A stretch of DNA of 63,611 bases, the filler included, from Rhizaria sp. SCN 62-66 (taxonomy: Eukaryota): the NCBI GenBank assembly GCA_001724265.1. It is 7 parts of 7 records of this genome, joined end to end, with 100 filler letters (N's around TTAATTAATTAA, not from the genome) between each part and the next. Parts side by side here need not be neighbours in the genome. Positions count along the whole stretch, not along the records: positions 19,776 to 30,702 come from MEDY01000686.1; positions 30,803 to 39,094 come from MEDY01000688.1; 5 more parts are not named here. One strand, 5' to 3'. Of the stretch, positions 24,248 to 36,269 are shown piece by piece. Under the pieces are notes generated by a model. It searched no databases, was not told the DNA's origin, and saw nothing but the letters and a program-made list of their open reading frames with translations. The position numbers were made by a program, and so were the translations under genes. Within the stretch, counting starts at the first letter, position 1; every line of letters begins with the position of its first letter.

Positions 24248-27200
24248 ATGTCAGCTTATTACGAACCAACGCTAGATAATCTCGTCAATGAGTTCTCCGG
24301 AGCTTTTAGTCGAGATTTGGTATCCGAAACCTTTATATCTATGAATAGGAATGTCGCCGCCGCCTTTGCTTCTCTCTGTGAATTCTGTGGACATGCTCCT
24401 GACTACGAAGCATTCCGGAGCCGTTCTGCGGCCGCAGCTGCTGCCAATCAACCGCAGCGCAGCCAACATCCACCGGCAGCGCATAACCCCGCGAAACATG
24501 GGTTTAATTTTGACTCGAACGCCCAGGCCTACGTCCCGCAGCACTTACAGCACAATGTCCCCGCCACGAACAACTATTTTAACAGTCAGCCTCAGAATTC
24601 GCCCTACGAATCCAAAAGCCCTCCCGCACACACGAACGTCTCTAATCCCCCGCCAACCGGCTACTTTGCAGCCCACAACATAAATGGCTACTCGGGCTAC
24701 GGTGCAAATCCTGCTGCCAACAGCGCATTTAGTGGATACGGGGTTGCGAACCCTGCTCCGAACAACGGGTATCCTGGCTACGCATCAGTGAATAACGGCT
24801 ACCCGGGCTCCGGTGGTGCCGCCGGCGCCGCCACGAATACTTTTAACGCTCCCTACCACGATCTGCCAAAACAGCACGCCAACCATGGCAATCCCCCCCT
24901 GCTTGCGAGACCAGCCGCCTCGACCGCCGCCGCCCCCACTTGCGCCGCCGCCCCCGCCCCCGCCGTGGACGAGCTCGCGCTAATGCTCGTCGCCTCGTGC
25001 TACCCGCTTGTGTCCCCCACGACGCTTGCGCCCGCGCTGTCCGCGGCCCGCGGCGCGGTCCCCGTCGCGCTGAGCGCGCTGCGGACCGTGCTGGCAACGG
25101 CGTACTCGTTCGACCCCGCCGCCGCGGACGCCGACCTAAGGCTCGCCGCGCTGACCGACGCAGAGGTGCGCGACGCCATGTACATGGTCGCCAACTACGC
25201 GCGCGCCGCGGCCGACCCCGCCGCCGTCACAGTCGCTGATGCCAGCAACAACACCGCCAACGCGAACTCCGGCGGGGGCGGATCCGACAACGACGATGGC
25301 AACGACGGCAACGGTTTCGTCACCAACAACGCCCCCGCTCTCATGGCCAACAACGCAAGTTGCACCAGCAGCAGCGGCAGTAAGGGTAGCAGCGGCGGCG
25401 ATGCCGCCACGCTCGGGTTCCTCACTCCCGCGCCCGTTACCGTGACCGCGTCTGGCCGCTTCGCCGAGCCGGCACAGTGGAGCTCGCAGGACCGCGCCGA
25501 CCACGAGCTTGACGCGCGGCTGAACCGCGAAGATCAAGCCGCGTTCGAGGCCGCAACCCAGAAGCTCATCGCGGAGATGATTGCGGATGACGTGGCCGCC
25601 AGTCCGCACCTCGCCCACGACATCGCCGGCGGCTACGGCAACGGCAACGGCAATAGTAGTAGTCTCAGCAACTCAGGCCTCATTGTCAGCGCGAACGGCG
25701 TTGTGCAGTTGGCACGGACCTTCTCTAGCGGCAACAGCAACAGCGGCGGCAACAACAAGAGCGGAAAGCGCAACGATAACGCCGCCGCCGCCAACGATGA
25801 CGACGACGCTCCGTTCGACGACGGCTACGGCGGCTACGCCAGCGCCGCCGCCGCGGCCCCCCCAGCACCGCGCCGCAAGACGATCGTGACGCTGCGGTTC
25901 AGCGATGGCCCGCGCCACCTGCCGCAGCCTACGTGTCCGTACACGCGCCTGCCGACGCTGGCCGCCACCAACAACAACAACGGCGGCGGTGGCAGCGGCG
26001 GCGGCGACGGCGACGACCTGATCGCGTCCGACGTCGAGGACGCTGTGCGCGCGCACGCACGCCGCTCGCGCCGCAGCAAGAGCGGGGCCGCGGGCGGCGT
26101 CAACGCGAGCTTCGACGACGGTAACGCCGTGCCGTGCTTCCGCGAGCCGCACCACGAGTGCTTCGGCAGCGGCATGTCGCAGCTCTGCGCCGACGGCACG
26201 CTGGCCCGTGCCTACGCCCTGCTCCCGCGGCTGCCGTCGCGCGGCGGGCTGACGGAACCCGCGGAGCCGAAGCTGACCGAGATCCTCGACCGGCTGGCCG
26301 CGCTGTACCCCTTCATCGGCGTCCGCGCCGAGCTGCGCGATCTCTTCGCCGCGGCGTGCTTCAGCACCGTCAACACCGACTTCCTCATCGGCGAGCTCTA
26401 CGGGCCCGAGTGCGCGCTGGCCAACCGGCGCGACGCGGCCGCGGCCGGCGACGGCAAGAAGCAACGCAAGCACGCGCGCGGCGTCGTCAAGGAGTTTGCG
26501 CCCGCGCCTGTGATTGCCTCGCTCTCGGCGGCGCAGGCGGCGTACCGCGCCAAGCACGCCGCGCTGCTGCGGCGCGAACCCGAGTGGGAGGCCGAGCTGC
26601 GCGACACGCCCTGCGGCTACAAGCGCAGCCGCTGGGAGGACGAGCTCCGCCGCCGCTACGCGCTATGGCTAAACGCGTATCTGCCCGCGTCCTACAACGA
26701 CGCGCTCCGTGCCGGCGGCGGCCTCCGCACGCCCCCGCGCCGCAACAGCGCCAGCACCGCTGCCGCCACTGGCGCTGGCGCTGGTGCTGGGATGGGCGAT
26801 GACGACCAGGACGAGCAGCAGCAGCAGCAGCACGACCAGGAGCGGCGCGTGACGTACGTCGGCGGCGGCATGAACGGCCCCGCCGCCGGCGGTCTTGGCC
26901 CGCGGCACTACGGCGCGTCCGTCCGCGAGCGCTACACGGGCGCCGAGGACGAGGAGGGCGGTCCGGGCTCGGGCGGCGCGATGACTGCGCTCGAGCAGCT
27001 GCAGCGGCACAGCGCGAACCTGAGCCGGCTGGCGCACTACGTCGACGAGCACCCGCTCTCGATGCTGTCCGCGCCGGGGGAGCTCGAGCACTGGGAGATC
27101 GCCGGCGCGTTCACCAACTTCCCCGTTCTCGAGACGCTGCTGGCGTCGCGGCTGCGCGTGCGCGTGCTGCCCGACACCGCACCCGCGCCCGCGGCGTATG

Positions 27201-27715
27201 CTGACTGGACGCCCGAGTTCGTGGTGCGTCACAAAGACTTCTTGGAGCAGACGGCCGGCATGGCGATGCACCAAATGCAGCAGCTGACCGAGGCAGAGCG
27301 GCGCCGCGTCGACATCACGCGCAAGAAGATCTACTTCCTCGTCGTCATGCGCGCCGTGCTCAGCCTGCTGCACTCGGATTACTCCGGCGCGCAGCAAGAC
27401 GGCAAGTCCTTCGACGACACCGGAAAGATCGACCTCCACGGCTTCTCCGTGCCGCACGCCATGAGCGCCGTGCACTTTTTCCTTAACCGCTTCGCGAAGC
27501 TGCACGCTATGAGGCAAAAGGTGCCGCGTGAAGTGACATTCCTCGTCGGGCGCGGCTCGCACTCGTTCAACGGGGCGCGGCTACCGCATGCTGTGCGCGA
27601 GCGCGTGGTCTAGATGGGCATCACGTCCGCCGCAAAGTCCTCCGGCAACGCCTTTGTGGTTGTGCCCATGAACGAGCTTGTCAGGGCCGCAAAGAGCTGG
27701 AAGCGAGAACAGTAA
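24248..27715 (+). CDS. CUE-like + PAM2 + Smr-domain protein (Cue2/N4BP2/CID7-like endonuclease); reads through TAG 27611-27613 to TAA 27713-27715
   Basis: N-terminal CUE-like helices and PAM2-like FNFDSNAQAYVP. The Smr domain IDLHGFSV...VGRGSHS...LPHAVRERVV*MG...SGNAFVV has its final strand after the TAG. Confidence 0.85.
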
Positions 27716-29029
27716 GCGGGGAATCAATCCGACAAGCTATTTTTTATCAGTAACTTCATCAGTTTGTGTGTTCTACACTGACTTTGTAAGTTTAAATTTG
27801 ATTTGTTTTCTTTTAAATTGTGCATGTACATGTAAATTTTTTTTCACTCAGAACTCACAACTCGTGATTCTATATCTCAACAGTATACTTTAGTTGTGTC
27901 TCTAAGCTCTTGTTTCCTAGTTTCACTCGGCACTCTTTCAAATGTTACTTGTACATATGAACTGCGCTTCCTTTGTACTGCACATCCTTAAAAACTGTTA
28001 CTCTTAATACAGTGTAATCCTGGATAATATAAATCAAAAACACGCTGGTTAGAAAGGTGTTCGAGTAAAATTGAAGATCAACATTGGGCTCAGAAAAGAA
28101 CGTAATACATGTATTGCGAAATTATTCTCAAACATTGTACAAACATCAATCGTGTACAGATCGTCATACCGAGTGACGTGATCTCCCTGATACTAACAAT
28201 GAAAACATGTTGCATGGCTCTGCCACAATCTCTGCCACAAACTCTTCAGTCACCGCTCGCTCACAAGCGCGAAGGCGTGTGTAATTAGCTCGCGCATGGC
28301 AGCGGCGTACACGCATGTGATGAATTTATTAGGAATCGCGATTGTGGCGTTAAGCGCGCCATCAATATATCGACCTTGTTGAGTTGGACTACGCGCACCG
28401 CGACCCCCTGCGGCGGTCCGCCCGCCTGCGTACCGGTGCCTGTCGCCCTTCGCGCGCCGTAGGGACGTTGCGTCTGCTTTGTTTTCGCTCGCGCTTTGAT
28501 CTCGATTGCTCTCGCTCTCTTTGTTTTGTTTTGCGCGTCGTGTGAGCGCGTGTAGTGATTTGCGCTGCGTTCTGCTGTGCCGCCCGCGGTGCTGCCCGCC
28601 CTGCACGGCACCGCGCGCCGCGCACTGGGAAGCCGCTGTCTGTGTTCCTCTGTTGTTGTTCTGAGAAGAGTGAGGCCCCACACGGCCTGGCTTGGAGGAC
28701 CGCAGCAGTTGTGCACTGGGCCGCGGTGTCACGGTAGCAACCTGGCCCTGTCATTGGTGCATCGGTTTTGCGGCCCTGCTGGGGGTACGGCACAGCACTT
28801 TGCGCGCGGCAACGTGCTCTGTAACTAAGTTTGTGTTTGTATTTGCTTATCTTTGTCTTGGCTCTTTGACTTGAATTGCTCTTCTGACTTTGTGTTGCTT
28901 TGTGTGTGTGCGTGCGCGGGCGGCTGTGTGTGTGTCTGCTACGGTGCCGCTTGCGGTGCTGCTGTAGTCTCTCCGCGCCGCTCGTGCATGCACAGCGCTG
29001 CGCCGCGCGCACGCGCGCAGACTGCGGCC

Positions 29030-30398
29030 GCCGCAGTGTGTTGTCTAGCTTCAGTGCGTTGTCTAGCTTTAATGCGTTGTCGAGCAGCACGATGAGGTCT
29101 GCGGCCAACGATCAGGCACAAGGCTCCGTTCGCGCGCCGCACGCGGGCGCCCCCGAGAGGCCCTGTGCGAGTACGCCCTGCAGCAGGCCCGCCGAGACCA
29201 GGCGCGCAGCCAGCGCCGCGGGGCCGGCAGCAAGACGCGCGACGACGCCGGACACAAGGGCCTGCTAGAGGGCGCTAAGCTGCTACCAGCTGCTGCTAAC
29301 AAAGTCGGCGATCGCGGTCACCCGCGGCGCCGTGAAGACCGCGGCGCAGAGCTCGCCGTCGAGGTCGGCGGCGCAGCGCAGCAGGCGCACGGCTGTAAGG
29401 GACCCGTTGTCAACGCCGCGGAACAAAGGCAGCCGCAGTACGCCGTCAAAAGCAGGGCTGAGCAGAAACGCAGCAAAGTCATTGCGCAGTGAGTCGTCGT
29501 CCGCGGCCGCGCCGTCCGCAGCAGCGCACGGGGGTGGTGTGCAAGGGGGCGGTGTGCGTCGCGGCGGAGGTGAGAGCCGCGGTGAAGAGGCTGGCGAGCG
29601 CGGCATGTGCGTAGGGCGCCGGGGTGCCGACCTAGTCTCCCTTGGCGGCCGCCGCGCCGAGCAGCGGGACGAAGGGCGCGAGGTCGGCCGCGTAGTCCAT
29701 CCGCACTTCAGCCGCCGCAGCAGCAGCAGCAATAGACGCAGTAGCAGCAGACGCAGTAGCAGCAGGGACAGCAGCAGGTGCAGCTGCGGTGGTGGCGGCA
29801 GTTGCGAGGACTGACATGACATGCGAAATTGCGTACATGCAGGTGTGGTGCACAGCGGCCTTGCCCAAGTCATCTGTGCTGGCGTGCGCGGGGTCCGCAA
29901 GCAGGATGCGGGTCGCAGCAAGCAGGGACCGCAGCGCGGCGCTGCCGGCGATGCGGGGGCGCAGCTGAGGCGTGCTCAGGCGTGCGGTCTGGGCGATGAT
30001 GCCGAAAGCCATCGTGGCAACATGGTCGCTCCATCCGCAGCGGCTGACTCGCTACAACGCTCGGTGCTGCCGCTGCGTTCCTAGCTGTACAGTGTCTCGA
30101 GGATGAAGTCAAACAAACCGCTTTCGTCGCCAATCGCGACGCATGCATCTTTCAACGCAGTCTTATACCTCCTGGGATGGTACGACGCAGCGGTAGAAAA
30201 TGCGCGCATCAGAGCAACTAGTCCTTTGGAGCCAGGAACAAGATCATACGTCTCCGCGACCGCCGCGTGCATGGACAGAATAATGTCGGCGGCGTGGAAA
30301 CAGCTGTCACCGTCAAAAAGCATGTCGGTGATAGCTTTCTTGGAGGACGCGTCCTCCGTAGACCACTTGTTCCCCATTGTGTCGGAGCGATTTACCAA
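29030..30398 (-). pseudogene. Degenerate or mis-assembled paralog of the ARM-like gene at 14324-17338
   Basis: Homologous block FAAFLLSPAFDGVL...VFTAPRV...VVARL. At least two frame changes (about 30050 and 29530), an in-frame TGA at 29112-29114, several TAGs, and an 18-nt LDNALK repeat at about 29040-29085. Confidence 0.6.
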
Positions 30399-30802
30399 GT
30401 TGTGAGAGAGATGAGCTATTCTGTGTCAGTGCTCAGTGCGAAAGAAGGCCAAGACTCGAGTGTCTGCTTGTTTGTCTGTTTTCTTGGAAGGATTTACGCC
30501 GCAATTCCCTTGTATAGTTGCAAAAGAAGCTGTGTGGCAAAAGTGAAGACAAGTGTTAAACATGAATGAGCAGTCAAAGTATGAAACAACATACTCTATT
30601 GTAATACATGTGATAAAAGCGCTGGATCTGAAATAAGATTGAGGAAATCGTTTGTGGTCAGACTGGGACACAGCAAAGTCCAAGTGGGTTGAAGACTAGG
30701 AGNNNNNNNNNNNNNNNNNNNNNNNNNNNNNNNNNNNNNNNNNNNNTTAATTAATTAANNNNNNNNNNNNNNNNNNNNNNNNNNNNNNNNNNNNNNNNNN
30801 NN

Positions 30803-33800
30803 TGGCCGCGGCCGCGGCCGCGGCCGCGGCCGCCGCGTCCTGCGCCGCGGCCTCCGTCTCGAGGTTGAGCCGCTCCCAGGCCAGGGCCTCGTTGAACGCG
30901 TGGGGCAGGAAGAGGGCGGCGGAGGACGTCACTGCCTTGTCGAGCAGCGTCGTCAGCAGCGACGACGACGAGGATGAAGCCAGCGGCGGGACAGGACTGC
31001 CGTCGGCAGCAGCGCTCGCCCCACCCGCAGCTCCGGCTGAGGAAGCTGGCGAATCAGCTGAGTTCACAGCAGCAGCAGCGGAGGACGAGTCGCTAGCTGC
31101 AGCAGCGGTCAGGCCAGCGCCAGCGGTGGTGGCAGGGGACTCACCTGCCGCGCTCGCAGTCGCGCTCGCATCAGCCGCCGCAGCCGTCTTGCCAGTGTCG
31201 CCGCCAGTCGCCGCCGCGCCCGCGCCCGCGCCCGCGCCCAAGGGCGGCGCAGTCACGAACCCTGTCGCCGAGGACACAGCAGTGGCATTGGCCGCTTTGG
31301 CGACGGCGGCGAGCGCCGTGGTGATGACCTTGTGCAGCGTGAGGCGCCACACGCTGACCTGCTCGCCCAGGTCGCTGCCAACGCTCGTGCCCGTGTGCAG
31401 ACTGGCGAACTTGCCGCCCGTGGCGCCCCACACGCCGCCGCCGCTGGCGCCCGCAGAGACGACGGCGATGCGCGACGCCTTGGACACCGACTGCCGCCAG
31501 TGCTCGGCGCGCGCGCGCTCCTCACTGCCCTTGTCACTGCCGCCGGCGACACTGCCAGTGCCAGCGCCGGCACCGTTAGCGGCGGCGGCAGCGGCGTTGG
31601 CAGCAGCAGTGGTCGTGAGCGCGGCGGCGGCGGCGACGGCGGCGGCGGCGGTCTCCGCGGCCGCCACGGTCGCGGCCGAGGCGGGCGGCGGGAAGAGCGG
31701 CAGCAGCGCGGGGCGCGACCAGGCCTTGTTCTCGCCGAACAGCCACGCGGGCGCCGCGGTGCGCGTGAGCGACCCCACGCCATGCGACGGGCGCGGCAGC
31801 TCCGCCAGCGCCTCCGCGGCCGCGGCGGCCACCTCGGCGGCCTCAGGTGACGCCGGCGGGGCCAGCGTCTTGAGCGCGCGCGGCGGCAGCGGCACGTAAG
31901 ACGGCGGCGTGGACGACGGCGAGGGCGACGGGATGCGCGAGTACGTCGTGTCGGACAGCGCGGCGGCCGCGAAGCCGGCGCGGCCGATCATGTCGCGCGC
32001 CTGCAGCATCGCCTGCGCGCGCGCGCTGTAGGTGATCACGGCCACGGGCCCGCTGCTGCCGCTGCCGTCGCCCGCGCTCACGCCCGCGCCCGCGCTGGCG
32101 GATAGCGCGACGGTCGAGCTGGAGACTGCGCTGGCGCTGCCGTCGGCGCCAGCGCCAGCGGCCTGCGCGCGCGGCTCGGCCGTGGCGGCGCCGGCGCAGG
32201 GCACCTCGTGCGCCGCGCCCCAGGGCTGGTACAGCGCGTTGAGGAACGGCGCTAGCGCGCCCGAGCCGGCCGTGAGCGGCAGCGCGGCGAGCCCGCCGGT
32301 GCCGTGGAGCTCGATGTGGAGGCGCGCGACGACGACGGCGGCGGGCAGCGGCGACGCCGACTGGCACAACGACTGCAGGTATGCAGGGCCCTGCAGGTGC
32401 GGCGGCGCGGGTACCAAGGCGGCGGCGCGCGCGGCTGCGGTGAGGTGCGAGGGCGGGGACGAGGACGGCACGGAGGGCGGCGGCGGGCGGCGCGGGGACG
32501 GCGTCGCCGGGTCCCACTGCTGCGGAGACACCACCAGCGGCGTTGACGCTGACGCGAACACCACTGAGTGAGGATCGCGCAAGCAAGGAAAAACACAACA
32601 AAGAAACATGAGATTTAAAAGATAGAAATAGAACTAAGTTATATTCAGAGTGATTTTTTGTTTTTGTGCCGAAAATAGAATCGCTTGTAGCGTACCTGCG
32701 CCGAAGTTAGGAAGCGCCTTGTTGTCTTTGACGAGCTTTGAGTAGACGAGCCAGGGCCAGGAGCTTGCGTCAGTCGCCCCGCCCGCGGGCTCGGCGGCCG
32801 CGCCGGGCCACAGCGGCACCACGGGGGGTGCGCCCGCGGCCGCGGCGGCGGGTTCGAACGCCCAGGGACCGGGACACGCGCCGCCGCTGTCGCTGCCATC
32901 CTTGCCTGTGCCCGAGGGCAGCCAGCGCGGCCAGCGCAGCGCGCCCGCGGCGTGAGCGTAGCGCGCGGAGCCCAGCAGACTGAGCAGCGAGCCGTTGGCG
33001 TGGCGCGGGTACTTGTCGTCCGTGTTCCACGCCAGCCCGCGCGCGCCCCCGGCACCGGCCCCTGTGCCAGCGGCGGCTTGTCCGGCGGCGGCGGCGGCGG
33101 GGTCGGTCCAGCGGCCCTGGAGCTCTGCGACGGTGAGCGGGTGGCGCGCCAGGTCCAGCACCGCGCGCACGCGCGGGTGCGCGGCGCGCGCGGCCTCTGC
33201 GCCCAGCGTCGCCGACAGTGATGCCAGCGCGGGGTACGGCGCGCCCGCGGCGACAGAGGCCGAGGCGGCAGCGGCGGCGGCGGCGCAGGCCGCGGCGGAG
33301 GCAGCGGTCGCTGCGTTGGCGCTGTATGGCGGCGTCTCGGCAACGATGCGCGACGAAAAGCCGAACGCGGCGGCGGCGGCGGCGGCGGCGGTGGCAGCGG
33401 CGGCGGCGGAGGACTTGCTGAGGGCGTCGTAGCCGTGGCCGTCGCCGTGGCCGTGGCCGTCGCCGTGGCCGTCGCCGCCGTCGTCGCCGTGGCCGTGGCC
33501 GTCGACGTGGGAGCGGCTGCGGCGCGCGAGGGCAATCGCGCTCACGATGGCGGCCGCGGCGTCGGCGGGCGCGACCGACACGGTGCCGTTGACCGACACG
33601 TACCACAGCTCGTTCGCCTTGCTCGCCTTTGCGGCCTTGCGACTGGCCGTCGCCTCCGCCGTCGCCGTGGTGTCCGCCGCGGGAGTCGCCGCAGAGTCGG
33701 TCTCGGCGTCGGGCGCGGGTGCGGGCGCGTTGAGCAGCGAGCGCAGCGCCGGGCTGGAGGCAAGCACGCGCACGCGGCTCCACGTTGCGGCGCCGGCCCC

Positions 33801-34742
33801 GCCCCCGGCCCCGGCGGCCTCGGCGGCCTCGGCGGCGCGCTGCACCGAGGCGCTGAAGGACGAAAAGAAGGACGACGACGCGGCCGCTGCGGCCGCCGCG
33901 CTGGCCGCCGCCGCGGTGGCCGAGGAGGAGGACACGGCGCCCGCAACGCCGCCGCGCGTGACGAGCACGCTGGCCATGGTGAGCGGCAGGAAGAAGTCCG
34001 CGCCGTGGGCGTAGGCTCGAGCGGCCAGCGCGGCGTGGTGCGCGTGGATGCCCTCGGACGGGCCGCGGAAGCAGTGCCAGTCCACGGCCACCGACGGCGA
34101 CGCCACGGCCAGCGCGGGCGCCGTCTCCAGCTCGACCCACGCGCCCTGCTGCGGCTGCTGCGCGCCGTTACTGTGGCTGCTGTCAATGTCATCGTTGCCG
34201 TTGCCGTTGCTGGCGGGCGCGACGACGGAGATGACGACGCGCTTGCGGCGCCACTCGTTGAGCACGCGGCGCAGCAGCGCAGCAAAGGCCTTGCGGCGCG
34301 TCTCCAGGTCGAAAAGCGGGTCCTCTTGCTCAAAACCCAGGTAGAGTGTGTAGCTGAAGCGCGCGTCAAGCGAGGCAAGCAGCGCGGGCAGCGACGTCGT
34401 GAGGAACGGGTGCGAGGCCGTCGGCGCGGACGAGGGAAACCCGGCAGACGTAAGCGGGATCAACAGTGCGAAGTTGAGCCGGGGCGCGAAGCGGAGCGGC
34501 GCTGAAGAGTTTGCGCTGTTGCTAAGCACGTTGCTCGGGAGCGCAGACCGAGATGACAACAGAAACCGCTGTTGTTGCTGTTGTTGTTGCTGGTCTTTGC
34601 CCGCAGCAGCCCCAGTCGCACTGCTGCTGCCGCCGGCGCCGCTGCCAGAGTTGTTGCGGAGCAGCAGCGCGGCGTCGTAGGCGGCGCGACCCACCCAGAC
34701 GTCTGCGAGCTGCGGTGGCACCTGCGCCCACCTGCCCGCCCG

Positions 34743-34781
<39 letters not shown>

Positions 34782-35552
34782 AACGCCAGAAGCACCAGCA
34801 GCAGCAGCGGCAGCGGCGGCAGAGGGCGAGTGATCGAACGCGTAGGGCGAGTCGTGCACCGGGGCGAGGTGGCGCGGCGCGTGGGCCTTGCTGGCACCGG
34901 CAGCGCCGCGCAGCAGCAGCGCGGCGAGCGCGGGCAGGCGGCGCAGTTGCGAGAGCAGCGCCTCGCCGGGCAAAACGGCGGCCACGGCAGAGGCCTTGGC
35001 GGGGCGGATGTGTTTGGGCGGCGTGATGGCGAGGTGGTGCACTGCCGGGGAGAGTGCCGTCGGCAGCCGCGGGTTGCCGAGGTCGAGCCAGACGCCAGAG
35101 ATGCTGGCGTCGTAGACGAAGAGCAGTGCCGCAATCAGCAGCGTAAAGATGACGATGATGGGCAGCGACGTCGCGCGCTGTAGCACGTGGCGAAACACGG
35201 CCTCGAGCGGGGACGCAGGCGGGCGCGTAGCGAAGCCGAAGATGCCGCTGCCGTCGCCACCGCCGCCGATGCTGCCGCCGCCGTTGACGCTGCCGCGGGA
35301 GGAAATCGAGCCGGAGCGGCGCAGGTACGCGGAACGCGTGTAACCGTCGTCGTCGCCGTCAATGTCAGCGTCAGCGGGAAGAGCGGACGCGTATGAAGCG
35401 CGGGCGTCGTAGGCGTGGAAAGCGTCATCGCCGCCACCGTTGGTTGCATCGTCGTTGCCAGCTCCATCCCTGCTGCCGTTAGAACGAGACGGGCTGGTAG
35501 GAAACATCCGGCGTCGTGGAGAATCTGAATCGAGCCCAAACCTGGATAACAT
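30803..35552 (-). CDS. Type II membrane glycosyltransferase-like protein with large Ala/Gly insertions; 2 exons (35552-32696, 32563-gap), 3'-truncated
   Basis: Phase-1 intron 32695-32564 (GTACGC...CTCAG) joins the 972- and 620-aa ORFs. N-terminal TM (PIIVIFTLLIAALLFVY); GT-A-like blocks FALLIPLTS, YTLYLGFEQEDPLFD, LAARAYAHGADFF, LPNFGAV. Confidence 0.65.
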
Positions 35553-36269
35553 CGTGGGGTTTAGACTCTAAGGGGGCGCTGTGGAGACGGGCTCTAGACG
35601 CGAGCGCTCGTTTGCTTCGTCAGGTGTTGGTCTGAGTTGGACGAAAGTGTCTCTGTTGAAAGGATTTTCAAGGGTTTGAAGAAGTGTCTAAGAATTATAT
35701 TATAGAAACACATCGAGAATAATCATAAACACAACTTTATCCACTATATCCGGCTGTTATACGACGTTGCACTCATTCTTAGACGAGTGCTCTCGGCACT
35801 TGCTATGCGTTTGTGGTCCACCCCCCAGACTGTTGGCTGGGGGGACGAGAGGTCAGGATGATAAGGTCATCTATAGATTGACCGTTAACTCGACATTTGT
35901 TGATAGCTTTGAGTTTTAACTCACTATTTGGATATCATACCTAAAGGCGACACTTCATCTGCTGTCATAAAGACCGGTACCCGGAGAGGTGAGCTTCCAT
36001 CCACAAAAGGACCGACCCCTTGTTTGTTCGTTGCACATTACGATGGATTTCACGACATTAAGAATGTCCAATGCGAATCGCTTCTCCAAATGTTATACGA
36101 GCAAAATGATTTTGTGCTAATCCCCCAGTTGACTCTTGGCGTGCTCAATTCAATCTCACCGTATTTGCTGCATCACCTATAACCCTCGCATCACTGAAGA
36201 TATCCAAACAAGTCTCCTGGAAGACTTATCTACTCCGTCTCGGTTGTTCTACGCAGACCTCTGTCGGTC

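Noticed and set aside
19538..29114. In-frame TGA at 19538 (Trp position) and 29112 as evidence for TGA reassignment
   Set aside because: Both lie in copies that also carry frameshifts, and TGA ends three intact genes (2246, 3222, 43285).
3017..35539. Many long antisense or alternate-frame ORFs (e.g. 4413-6245, 20656-22362, 32770-34140)
   Set aside because: These are shadow ORFs of very GC-rich coding DNA, Arg/Ala/Gly-rich and without motifs.
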